A stretch of 64,000 bases of DNA from assembly GCF_030028105.1 (NCBI RefSeq), contig NC_092393.1, positions 31,101,248 through 31,165,247 on the forward strand. The letters run 5' to 3'. A program made the position numbers and the translations under genes. Shown in pieces: positions 37,137 through 48,479 of this stretch (the stretch's first letter is position 1; each line of letters starts with the position of its first letter). This stretch comes from Mobula birostris (lineage: Eukaryota). Below the pieces are notes generated by a model that ran no database searches, was not told the origin of the DNA, and was given only the letters and a program-made list of their open reading frames with translations.

Positions 37137-37530
37137 CACTCAGAAGCCATTTTATTAGGTAAACCTGTACACTGCTCATTAATGCAAATATCTAATCAGT
37201 CGATCATGTGGCAGCAAGCAACTCAGTGCTAAAAGCATGCAGATATGATCAAGAGGTTTAGTTGCTATTCAGACCAAACATCAGAATGGGGAAGAAATGT
37301 GATCAAAGTGGCTGACTGTGGAATGATTGTTGGTGCCAGATGGGGTGGTTTTGAGTATCTCAGAAACTGCTGATCTCCTGTGATTTTCATGTACAACAGT
37401 CGCTAGAGCTTACAGAGAATGTTGAGGAAAACAAAAAAAAAAAAAAAATCCAGTGAATAGCTGTTCTGTGAGTGAATGAGAGAGGTCAGAGGAGTATGAC
37501 CAGACTGGTTTAAACTGACAGAAAAATGAC
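37137..37530 (+). mobile_element. Tc1/mariner 5' fragment
   Basis: cactcag..tttattaggta terminus and internal homology to 33128 and 53900. Confidence 0.75.
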
Positions 37531-38017
37531 ATGTTGTGGGTCTTTTGTCACATATAAATACAGAAAAGATGTCAAATCTCCTTTAATAAAAGATGCAAGT
37601 GAGCCAGATAATTTCACTTGTACCAGCACATTAGTAACTTTTTATTTAATGAATCGCAATTAATTTTTTCCAATTCCTTCAGTGGGATATAATCTTATGC
37701 CCCCCCCCCCTTTTATTAGACCATGGCTCTAGAATGATATTGCAATCATTTAATTTTATGCCCTTTGCTTCCTGATGATTGAAGCTTCTAAGAGTTATTT
37801 CCTGTTTTAGTGAGATAGAGTTGATGATTTTATCAGGAGTATTTTCATTTGTGCATGTGTTTTGGAAATCGTTTTTTAAAATCTATGTATGTTTGCTTCC
37901 TGCAAACCATACTAAGAAAAGAAATAAGAACAGCGACTTGTAACCACGGTATGTTATAGACACAAGAGATCCTGCAGATGGTGGAAATTTTGAAAATTTT
38001 GAGCAACATGCATAATA

Positions 38018-38186
38018 TGCTGGAGGAACTCAGCAAGTCAAGCAGCATCTATAGAGAGAAATAAACAGTCAACATTTTGGGCAAAGACCGTTCATCAGGA
38101 CTCCTGATAAAGTATCTTTTGGATTGAAACATCGACAGTTTATTTCCCTGCACAGATGCTGCCTGACTTGCTGAGTTCCTCCAGCA
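38018..38186. repeat. Palindrome of two Penelope pLTR-like heads
   Basis: tgctggaggaactcagcaagtca...tcagga (ct) cctga...tgacttgctgagttcctccagca; arms about 85 bp, centre 38101-38102. Confidence 0.75.
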
Positions 38187-40589
38187 CTTGTCTGTCTTAC
38201 TTTTAACTATATTCATCTTCTAACATATTGATGTGACTCTAGCTTCCCCCACAACAGCATTACTAAACAAAACTTAACACCTTTTCATACAAAAACATCT
38301 TACAACAACAGACTAATATTTTCTGCAAATATGCAGGTTTGCAACAGACTTTTCTAGAAGACAAAAAAGGAAAGATTAGTTAAAGGAGGGAATTCAAGAG
38401 CTACTGAGGCAATTAAAAGTGGAGTGTGCGAGAATCTAGAATTGGAGAATCTTGAAAGGTCATTATACTGAAGGATTTATGTAATTTAAGTACGTCCAGA
38501 CTAAGTAGAGATTTTAAAATATGTTAGCGGGATTTGAGATAAAGCTATGTTTGCCTATTAGGTGGCATTAGGGATATCAACCAAGAAGCACAGTATAAAA
38601 GTAATAAAGGTGGAAATTTCAATGTGTGGTTTAAGCAGACCAGAAGCAGGCATGGCAACAGAGGTGAAGGTAATGATGGAGTTAATATTTGATGTGCAAC
38701 ATGCGGTACGTATTAAGTATGATGCAAGGCCATGAACAACTTGGTTCAAAAGGTTGTGAAAATAAAATTGGTTTTTAAGTTATTTAATCTTACCATTTCA
38801 GTTTCGATCGTTTGTATATGTATGCATTAAGTATTGTTAAATAGTAATTTTCCTAACATTAGTGGATTTCAAAGAAATTAATATTCTTTGTCTGAAGTTT
38901 TGTTATTCCATGAAGTGAAGTAAAATTCCAAAAAGTTATGCCTTTTTGATAAACATTTTTATTCACCATGTAGCAAAGCTGAATTTGTATTACAATCGGT
39001 ATTTACAACCAGTATAAATGACTATCAGTAAATTCATTTTGATATTCATACCCACTCAGAGAATGATAGCAATGTTTTGTAACCAGCATTACATGAATTT
39101 ATTAGAGGAACGTAAAACAGAAGCATCAGATCAGATCTTTGGAAAGAATGATAAAATTTCCATAAGCTAAGTGCCTAGACTTGTTTAGCAGTAGTATCTT
39201 AAGCACATACGTGTTCACAATTTCAGAAAGGAATGGTAAATATTGTTGAATGAAACTGATCTGGAAGTATATCTACAAACACTAAAGACTGATAAAACAT
39301 AGAATGTATAACAAACAAACAGGTCAAACAGTTGACTTTGCTGGTAAAGATTTTAGCAATCAGTTCTGCATTTGTTCCCATCAAAAACTACAGGTAACAC
39401 ATTCTCTATTTGTTTTAAATCTATGAATAAAAGGGGTCCAAATCTAATTTATTTCCAATCATTTGTCTCCTGTTACCTACACTAAAGTCAAGTCAAATTT
39501 GAGTTTATTGTCATCAATATCCATAGTAGAAGTGCAATCAATTGAGTTGAATATGATGTTCTCCTAAGGGGTTGCCTATTGGTGGGTCCTCAGATGGTTG
39601 TAGAGGCTGATAAAGGAACCACATATTCTGGTGCAACGTGGGCAAGAGTAAATGGCGGCTGTGGTTTGTGGTTAGGTATTTTCATTGCTCATTCTCTCCT
39701 TTCACAGCTGCCACTTGCTCTCTGTGGCACCACAGAGATTATTCTCATGTAGTACAGCTCCCTCTTGAACACATTTCCAGATAGAGCCACTCTATCACAG
39801 GCACAACCCTCCTAGCTGTTGAGGACATCTTCAAAAGGTGGTTATTTAAGAAGGTGGCATCCATCACTCACAATCTGGGCATGCCATTTTCTCCTCACTA
39901 ACATCAAGGAGGAGCTACAAATGTCTGAAGACCTATAACAAAGTAGTCACCTTCTTGTTCTTCACATATGTGTAGATGCCTTGGGTTTTTTCTTAATCCT
40001 TTTCATCAAGGCTTTCTCATGTCCCTTTTTAGCTCTCTTATGTTTCTTATGTTCTTTTCTTGTTACCTTATAACTCTCAAGACTCTTGTCTGATCCTTGC
40101 TTGCTAAAATTCTTGACTAGATGTTCCACCTCTCATGTCAGTTATAGTTCCTTTTCCCTCCCAATCTTTCCCTGTCTCAATGAGAAAACCAATCCAGAAT
40201 CCCATGCAAATACTCCCTAAACAAGCTCCATATTTCCAATATAAATTTTCCTGAGTACATCTGTTCCCAATTACTGTTCTCAAAAATTTATCAGCTTTAC
40301 AGAAAATACTAAGCCCTCTGCTCTTTGGCCTGCTTTGATAGTCATCTCTCCAGTGACTGATCCAGATGAGGTGCTGATCAGAAAACAATCTGCTGATGAA
40401 CTCATGGGGTCAAGCAGTTTCACTCACTGACTTCCTCCAGAAGTTTGTTTTTGCTTAAGATACCAGCACCTGCTGCATGTTAAATCTCTGAAGTTCTGGT
40501 CAGTGTTGACGGTAAAGCACTTGGAATTATTGAAAGGATCTCTGCGGGAAGCTATGTGGTGTGAATGTCACATTTGGCTTTTCAGCCTG

Positions 40590-41135
40590 GGTGCTGATAT
40601 TAACTCAGACCCTATTGACGAAGAAGCAAGGATGGAAAGATCATTTACAAGAATGGAAAAGTCTGCAAGAAGTGGTGGATATATCACAAGCAAGGTTCTC
40701 CCCACCACCAGGCATGTTTACAAGTAGTACTGCCACAGAAAAGCTGCATCCATCATTAATCATCTGTACCATCCAGCCTATGCTCACTTCTTTATGTTGA
40801 CAATGGGAAGGAGGTACAAGAGCTATAGGTCCAACACCAACAGGTTTAGGAATAGTTATTACCCTACAACCATCAGGCTCCTGAACCTATAGGGATGACC
40901 TCTCTCAACCTATGGGTGCACTTTCAAGAACTCTCCAACTCATATTCTCAGTATTATTTATTCATTATAATTTTTTTATTTTTGCCATTTGTCTTCTTTT
41001 GCACATTTGTTGTTTACAAGTCTTTATGTGTAGTTTTTCATTGAATCTATTATACAGCAGTTTTTGTTTTAATGCCTTCAAGAAAATGAAGCTCAAGGCA
41101 GTATATGGTGACATAAAGTAATTTGATAATAAATG
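40590..41135 (+). mobile_element. Rex1/Babar-like 3' fragment
   Basis: gagctataggtccaacaccaacaggtttaggaatagttattacc, the same 3' motif as the other copies. Confidence 0.65.
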
Positions 41136-42926
41136 TATTTTGAAACTTGAACTAGTTTTAAAACTTACTTGTGATGCTTCATTTCAACTGAAACCTCAGA
41201 GAACTTTAAGTCGAATATAACTAACAATTGCAATGTCCATAATCTCAGCTTCATGAATTCTCAAGTCTAATCATCTTCATCCAGGACTTTCCCTTAACCA
41301 ATAATTTGGAAGGGTGTTTACTTAAGTTTTCAGTTTCGTTCAAAGTTACTCAGTGAAATAGTTATGTGCTCCGGGACCGAGAGGATATTATGACTCAAGA
41401 ATTGTGGCTCCACACTGGCAATTCAAATTCCCTCTTGGTTTAGGGTAAATTATCTACCAGCTTTAGCACAAGGGCACTGATCCCACTTTGCAGAGTGAAT
41501 ATTTTAACATTACCCAGGTCATGTGTACATCTTTAAGGAAAACGTGTGCCCTCCTTTGAGATAAGTAGAGGGTCATCAGATGGTTGAGATGACAACAAAT
41601 TTTCATGCCACAAAAGTCAATGATAATGAATCTGATTCTGATTTTGACTAACCCAGCTATCTATTATTCACTGTGAAGGCAATCAAGTGGAGCTTATTGA
41701 CCGAGAGTCACTTTTCCCTTTAAGCTGCGCAGGGACACAACTGTGCAGTAGCATAAATGCTCCCATGAACATAGCCTTTATTGCTGTGCATTTCTAATTT
41801 TCTTTTATATAATGGTTTACTAAGGTATCACACTGTTTTCAGGCCAAGTAAAAATTTCCATCTTAGAGCAATTGTTGGTCTGCACAGCTGTAAAAAAAAT
41901 AAGGAAACATTGCTGAGAGTTTTCTTCTGCACAGTACACTTAACAGCTGATGTGTTCACGGCAAGTCCTATGTAATGCAGTTGAAACACGCCTGAGCTCC
42001 CAATCAATTTTTGCCCAACCTTGAGGATTCCAGCAGATCTCCTGTTAAGGGTCCTCACTAACAAACACATGAACTACAGCGAACACAGGAAAAGCTTACA
42101 AAAAATAATAGGCTATATGTTCCTCCAGTGTGTTCCCTTAATCAGTAAGATCACAGATGAATTCCCTACATCCTACTTCCTCCACAACACAGCCTTGACC
42201 GATGCATTTCATTTGCTGTGATCCACATGGAGCATAGAGACATAGAAAACTACAGCACAGAAACAGACCCTTCGGCCCATCTAGTCCATGCTGAGCTATT
42301 AGTCTCCCTAGTCCCATTGACCTACAGTCCTCCATACCCCTTCCATCCATGTACTTATCCAAATTTATGTTAAATTGTGTAATCAATCCCCCCATCCATC
42401 ACTTGCACAGGCAGCTCACTCCACAATCTCACCACCCTCTGAGTGAAGCAGCTCTCTCTCATGTTCCCCTTAAACATTTCACCTTTCACCCTTAACCCAT
42501 GTTCTTTAGTTCTCATCTCACCCAACTTCAGTTGAAAAAGCTTGCTTGTATTTATCCTAGCTGTACACCTCATAATTTTGTATACCTTTATCAAATCTCC
42601 TCTCAACCTTCCATGTTCTAAGGAATAAAATCCTAACCTAGTCAACCTTTCCATATAACTCAGGTCCTCAAGTCCCGGGAACATCTATGTAAATTTTCTC
42701 TGCACTCTTTCAGTCTTATTTACAGCTTTCCTCTGAGTATGTGACCAAATCTACACACAACACACCAAATTAAGGCCTCACCAACATCTTATACAATTTC
42801 AACATTACATCCCAACTCCTGAACTAATACGTTGATTTATGAAGGGCAACGTGCCAAAATCTTTCTTTATGACCCTATCAACCTTGGAAAAGGAATTCAA
42901 GGAATTAGGCATCTGTATTCCCAAAT

Positions 42927-42966
42927 CTCACTGCTTTATTATACTCCTCACTGCTTTATTATACTC
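42927..42966. repeat. 20-bp direct tandem duplication
   Basis: ctcactgctttattatactc x2 inside CR1. Confidence 0.9.
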
Positions 42967-43124
42967 CTACCACTCACTGTATAAGACCTACACTGCTTGA
43001 ACCTCCCAAAGTGCAACACCTCACACTTGTCTGCATTAAATTCCATCTGCCATTTTGCAACCCACTTTTCCAGCTGGTCCTTGGTCCGCTCCAAGCTTTG
43101 ATAGTATTCCTCTCTCTCCACTAC

Positions 43125-43886
43125 TGTCCTGGTCTGGTCCGTGAAGTCTGCATTCTGGTTCACAGTCCGGTCCGTGGATTCCGTACTCCAGTTATTCCAT
43201 TTTTTTCCCTGTTCCGTTGGGTGTCTTAATTAAGGCATCTGATTCTGGTTTTGGGCTGGCAACATAAATAGCTCTGGGGTCCAGTGATTCCTTGCAGGAC
43301 TATCCCCATCAGAATCCACGCCTAGTAACCTCGGCAGTAACCTCGTCAGTAACCTCATCAAGTAACCTCGTCCGTGTTCCATGACCTGTGTCGAAGAAGA
43401 GTCCTGGCTCTGTGTCCTGTGTCAAAGGAGGAGCCTCGGATCAGTGTTCTGAGTCCTGTGTCTAAGTCAAGTCTGAGCCTAGTCCAAGTCAAGAGCCAAG
43501 TTCCAAGTCCAAGTCGCGAGTCAAGTCTCAAGTCCAAGTCACGAGTCAAGTCCAAGCCAAATCCGAGTCAATTCTGAGTCCAGTCTGAGCCAAGTCCAAG
43601 TCCAGTCCAAGCCAAGTCCTAGTTCTAGTCAAGAAGCCAAGTCTAGACCCAGTTACCGAGTCCCTGCCAAGACCCGAGTCCCGCGTCATGACCTGAGTTC
43701 CCTGTCAAGTTCAAGTCCTAAGTCCAAGTCCAGGTTTTCCGGTTTGTCACTCTTTGTTTACTTTCGTGTTATCATTTCATCCTCACTCCTTGACTTCCCT
43801 AGCATTCTTAATAAACATAGTCCAGTTCCTAGTACTTCAGTGTCTGTGTCTGCATTTGTGTCCGCTACCAACGCCCCCGTGTAACA
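43125..43886 (+). mobile_element. Solo LTR inserted into a CR1 LINE
   Basis: Begins TGTCC, ends GTAACA; exact 5-bp TSD ACTAC at 43120-43124 and 43887-43891; AATAAA near the 3' end; internal agtaacctc and aagtcc repeats. Confidence 0.88.
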
Positions 43887-45419
43887 ACTACACCTGCAAT
43901 TTTGGTGTCATCGCAAATTTTCTGATCCAATTTGCCACATTATCATTCAGTTCATTGATACAGATGACAAACAACAATGGGCCTAGCACTAGTCCCAGTG
44001 GCAGTCCACTGGTCACAGGCCTCGAGTCAGAGAGGCAACCATCTATCACCACTCTCTGACTTCTCCTGCGAAGACAATGTCAAATCCAATTTACTACCTC
44101 ATCTTGAATAGCAAGCAATTCAACCTTCTTGACCAACCTCTCATGTAGGACCTTGTCAAAGGCCTTGCTAAACTCCATGCAGCCAACATCCACTGCTTTA
44201 CCTTCAACTTTCCCGATAATTTCCTCAAAAAACTCTTTAAGCACAATTGGTTATACATGACCTGCTATGCACAAAGCCATGCTGACTATCCCTAATCAGT
44301 CCCTGCCTATCCAAATACTTAAACATCTGATCCCTCAGAATACCTTCCAATAACTCCTACTACTGATATCAGGCTTGCCAGTCTTTAGTTTCCTTTCTTA
44401 TTCTTAGAATTCTTTCTTAAACAACAGAACAACATTAGCTATTATCGAATCTTCTGGCATCTCACCTGTGACTAAGGATGTTTTAAATGTCTCTGCTAGG
44501 GCCCTGAAATTTCTGCACTGGCCTCCCTTGTCAGGCCCTGGGGATTCATCCACCTTCATTTGCCTCATGCCACCTCCTCCTCTGTTACCTGTATAGCATG
44601 CATAGCCTTGCAGCTGCATTGATTAACATATATAGATCTCGTGTCCCTCTCCTGAGTAAATACAGATGCAAAAACTCCATTTACAATCTCCTTCATCCCT
44701 TTCAGCTCCATACATAGATTGCCATTCTGATCTTCCAGAAGACCATTGTTGTTCCTTGCTGTCTTTTTGCTCTTAATATATCTATAGACACCCTCAGGAT
44801 TGTCCTTCACCTTGTATGCTAGAGCAATCTCATGTCCTTTTTAGCCCTCTGATTTCCTTCTTAGTGTTCTCTTGCATTTCTTATACTCCTCAAGTATCTC
44901 CCTTGTTCCTGCCTGCCTATGTCTGTTATGCATTTCCTTATTTCTCTTTACCAGGGCCTCAATATCTCAAGAAAATCAAGGTTTCCTAAAGCTGTTATCC
45001 TTGCCTTTTATTCTGACAGGAACATACAAACTCTGTACTCTCAAATTTTCATTTTCTGAAGGCCACTCACTTACCAAGTACACCTTTGTCAGAAAACAAC
45101 CTGCCCCTATCCACACTTGCCAGATTCTTTCTGATACCATCAAAATTGGCCTTTCTCCAGTTTGGAATCTCAATCCAAGGAGCAGACCTATCCTTTTCCA
45201 TAATTACCTTGAAACTGATGTCATTGTGAACTCTAGATACAACGTGTTTCCCTGCACAAATTTCTGTCACCTACACTGCTCGCTCCCTAATAGGTGATCC
45301 AGTAACGCATTGTCTCTAGTTGGGACTTCGATGTATTGATTAAATATGTGGTAAGTTTAAATTACCTATTATCACACCCTTGTTTCTTGCAACTGTCTGC
45401 GACCTCTCTACAAATTTGT

Positions 45420-46620
45420 TCCTCTAAATCCCGCGGACTGTTGAGCGTTCTATAATAAAGTCCCATTAATGTGGTCATACCATCTACCTGAGCAGTTCGT
45501 ATGAAAGGAATACTGCGCTATTTCTGACATCAGAGACACATCCTTCTCGCGTTTAATTACCGACATCAGGACCGCTGAGCTGTGCTGGTCCGCACTGTGT
45601 GAAGTAGATGGGGTAGCGGGGGTTACCCAAGCTCCCCAACCCAATAAATGATTGCTGAGCCCTAATGCAATGTGATTAATAGGCTGCTGAGAACTTTGTG
45701 TTCGATTAGATTAATTCATATTTAATAAGTTAGAAGTAGGTATGCTTCTTTGAAATGATTCCTCATTTAATACTATTTCAGTAATTCGGATTGTTCAAAA
45801 CATTTACTTTCAACAAGGCAGTTTACCAAGTCTCTCAGCTACGGAACACAAATTGCACCGAGAATGATTTGCTTTCCTTTGCAAGAAATTATAATTACAG
45901 TACAACCTGTTCCCGATTCTCTAGAGTGAAACAGAAACTACCGCGGCGCCAGTTTAGCAAGTGGTGTAGGAGAGTTAAAGTGTCCTCCCGTGCCCCGGTT
46001 TTAATGGGAACGTAAAGTCCCTTCAACATCAGTCAGAATGGATATTGTCAATGAGCATTAACAGCGTTCAGGACTGCAGGACAACAGGACACACCATCTC
46101 CTTATTGACGGTTAGTGGTCATTTCTCTCTTGGCAACTCTTCGACACAAATAAACTACTCGTTTCAGGCACAAGAAAGTGTTAACGCTGGGCGCTTAAGC
46201 AACAAGCAAACTGCTGGAGGAACTTCGGTGGTCGGGTCGGAGGGGAAGGAATTGTCAACGTTTTGGCTCGAAACTAACTTGTTGGATTTGGGACAGGGTT
46301 CATAATAGACTTAAATGAAGCGTGTAGTAGCTACAACGCACTTAATGTCGCTTGGTGCCTTCTCTGAACATAGCCCCGACGTCAGCTCTTGGGGTCACCT
46401 CTCCAGATGACCCAGCGCTCAGCGAAACGGACAGCGCAACAGAAAGGGGACCATTTATTTCTACCCAGCGGAGCTTTTCTTTTCAGGCAAGATCCCGGCT
46501 GCTGTGTGTATTTTTAGTCCAGGTGTGTGGTTCAAAGGGACTCGTCACTCACCCCGCTAATCTAACTTCACCAAATTGTTCGCCTGTGGGTAATAAGAGC
46601 GGCATAGGAGCTTCCAGGAG
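45420..46620. promoter_or_regulatory. CpG-rich unique island, candidate promoter region
   Basis: Many CpGs (ccgcggcgcc, cccgtgccccgg, cagcgctcagcgaaacggacagcgc) in non-repetitive DNA within a CpG-poor window; upstream of a gene whose first coding exon begins with an acceptor. Confidence 0.55.
45926..45939. promoter_or_regulatory. Interferon-stimulated response element (ISRE/IRF site)
   Basis: GTGAAACAGAAACT; the reverse complement AGTTTCTGTTTCAC matches the consensus AGTTTCNNTTTCNC/T exactly. Confidence 0.55.
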
Positions 46621-46739
46621 ATACGTGCTGACTAACTAAACTGGGTATGGTAGGACAAGAGGAATGCGAGGTAGAAAACAATGGTGGAGTGGCATCCACT
46701 TAGGTAGAACAAGAAGTTGAAAGCGAAACATTTTGTAAA

Positions 46740-47470
46740 TCCAGGGAGATTGAAAGCCGTTGATGCTCAGAGGAATCAGATTATCCACAAAGTACGTATA
46801 TGTCACCATACAACCCTGAGATGCGTTTTGAGGGCATACACAATAACTCCATAATAGAATAATAACCATAATAGAATCAATGAAAGACTTATCAACTGAG
46901 CGTCAACTGGTGTGCAAAATACAACAAACTGTGCAAATACAAAAATAAATTAATAATATAATATATAAATAAGTAATAAGTATCAAGAGCATGAGATGAA
47001 GAGTCCTTGAAAGCGAGTCCATAGGTTGTGGGAATATTTCAGTGATGGAGCAAGTGAAGTTGAGTTAAGGTATCCTCTTTGGTTCAAGAGCTTGATGTAA
47101 CAATAACTGTTCCTGAACTTGCTGGTGTGAGACCTAAGGATCCTGTACCCTCTCTCCCGATGGCACCAGTGAGAAGGGTGCATGACCTGGGTGGTAGTGA
47201 TCCCTGATGATGGATGCTACTTTCCTGCAACAATGCTCCACGAAGATGTGCTCAATGGTTGGGAGGGCTTTACCCATGATGTACTGGGGATTATCCATTA
47301 CTTTTCGTAGGATTTTCCATTCGAAGGCATTGATGTTCTGTATAGGCTGTGCTGCAGCCAGTCCATATACTATTGACCACACGTCTATCGATGCTTGACC
47401 AAGTTTTAGGTGTCATGCTGAATCTTCACAAAACCCCTAAGGAAGTAGAGGCACAGCTGTGGTTTCTTTG
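46740..47470 (-). mobile_element. Rex1/Babar-like 3' fragment
   Basis: EWKILRKVMDNPQYIMGKALPTIEHIF..HPGHAPFSLVPSG. Confidence 0.75.
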
Positions 47471-48479
47471 TAATTCAGGGGTACATCCATCTCACTGCAA
47501 TTACTAAGGGCCCTGAGGAAGTGCACTGGAATATTATGTATAATTCTGGTCTCCCTACCCAAGATAGAGGAATTGGTACAAGGGTTAATATCTGGAGGTG
47601 GGTTTTGTTGGTGGTGGACTGATCAGTTTGAGAGTACAGAAGCAATATGGGTGATATCATAGAAAAGTATACTGTCGAATCCCTATGGAGTTTGACAAGG
47701 ATGATAATTGCAGGATGAAGATTTCTCTGGATGGGAAACCAGGTGTCACTGCCTTTAGCATGAAGAGTCAGTGGTTCAGGACCACTATGAATGTAAAAGT
47801 CTTCTCCCAAAGGGGAGAAAATCTTAGGAATTCTCTGTCCAAGAGGGACATACTGTAGAATCTTTGTTGCTGAGTATGTTCAAGGCAGAAACTTATGTTT
47901 TTTTTTGGAATTAAGGAATATCAAGGGATATTTAAGGTTTAGTGCAGGAAAGTGGTAATAAAGTAGATGATCAGCCACAATCTCATGGGATGGTGGATCA
48001 TGCAAGCGGGGTCAAATGGCCTGTTCCTCATATTTCCCATGCTCTTATATTGGTATTAGAAAGTACCATGTGATGCTCAGTGTCTTATCTTCCTTCACTG
48101 AACATTTGAAATCTTCTCATTAATATTCAGCATTGGATGAAATTATGATTTACTAGTAAAGGGAGTGCCCGTTCAAATAATTTCCTCATGACAGACTGCA
48201 GTCAATTTGGATCTCCAATGAAGGCCAGCATTGTTTCTCTTGGGAGATTTGAGAGCAAATAGTGTGATAGCATCACTCAACTTAGAACCAACCACTCTGG
48301 TACTTGGGTCAGGAAATTCATTAATAAAAACAAGCATGCTCTAGATATTGTGCTATCAATTTTCTATTCATGGCATTTTTTTTTATTGCAGGGCTATTGA
48401 GAATCCTTCTACTCACTTTACCCTTCTCACTCCCTGTCTCTAGAACTGCACTCACTCCTTCAGATCTTTTACATAGTTC

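Larger units (their letters stand above)
42230..45345 (-). mobile_element. CR1 LINE, decayed ORF2 3' portion
   Basis: KWQMEFNADKCEVLHFGR, LERLTRLGFYSLEHGRLRGDLIKVYKIM, KANFDGIRKNLASVD fragments; 3' tail at ~42235. Confidence 0.88.
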
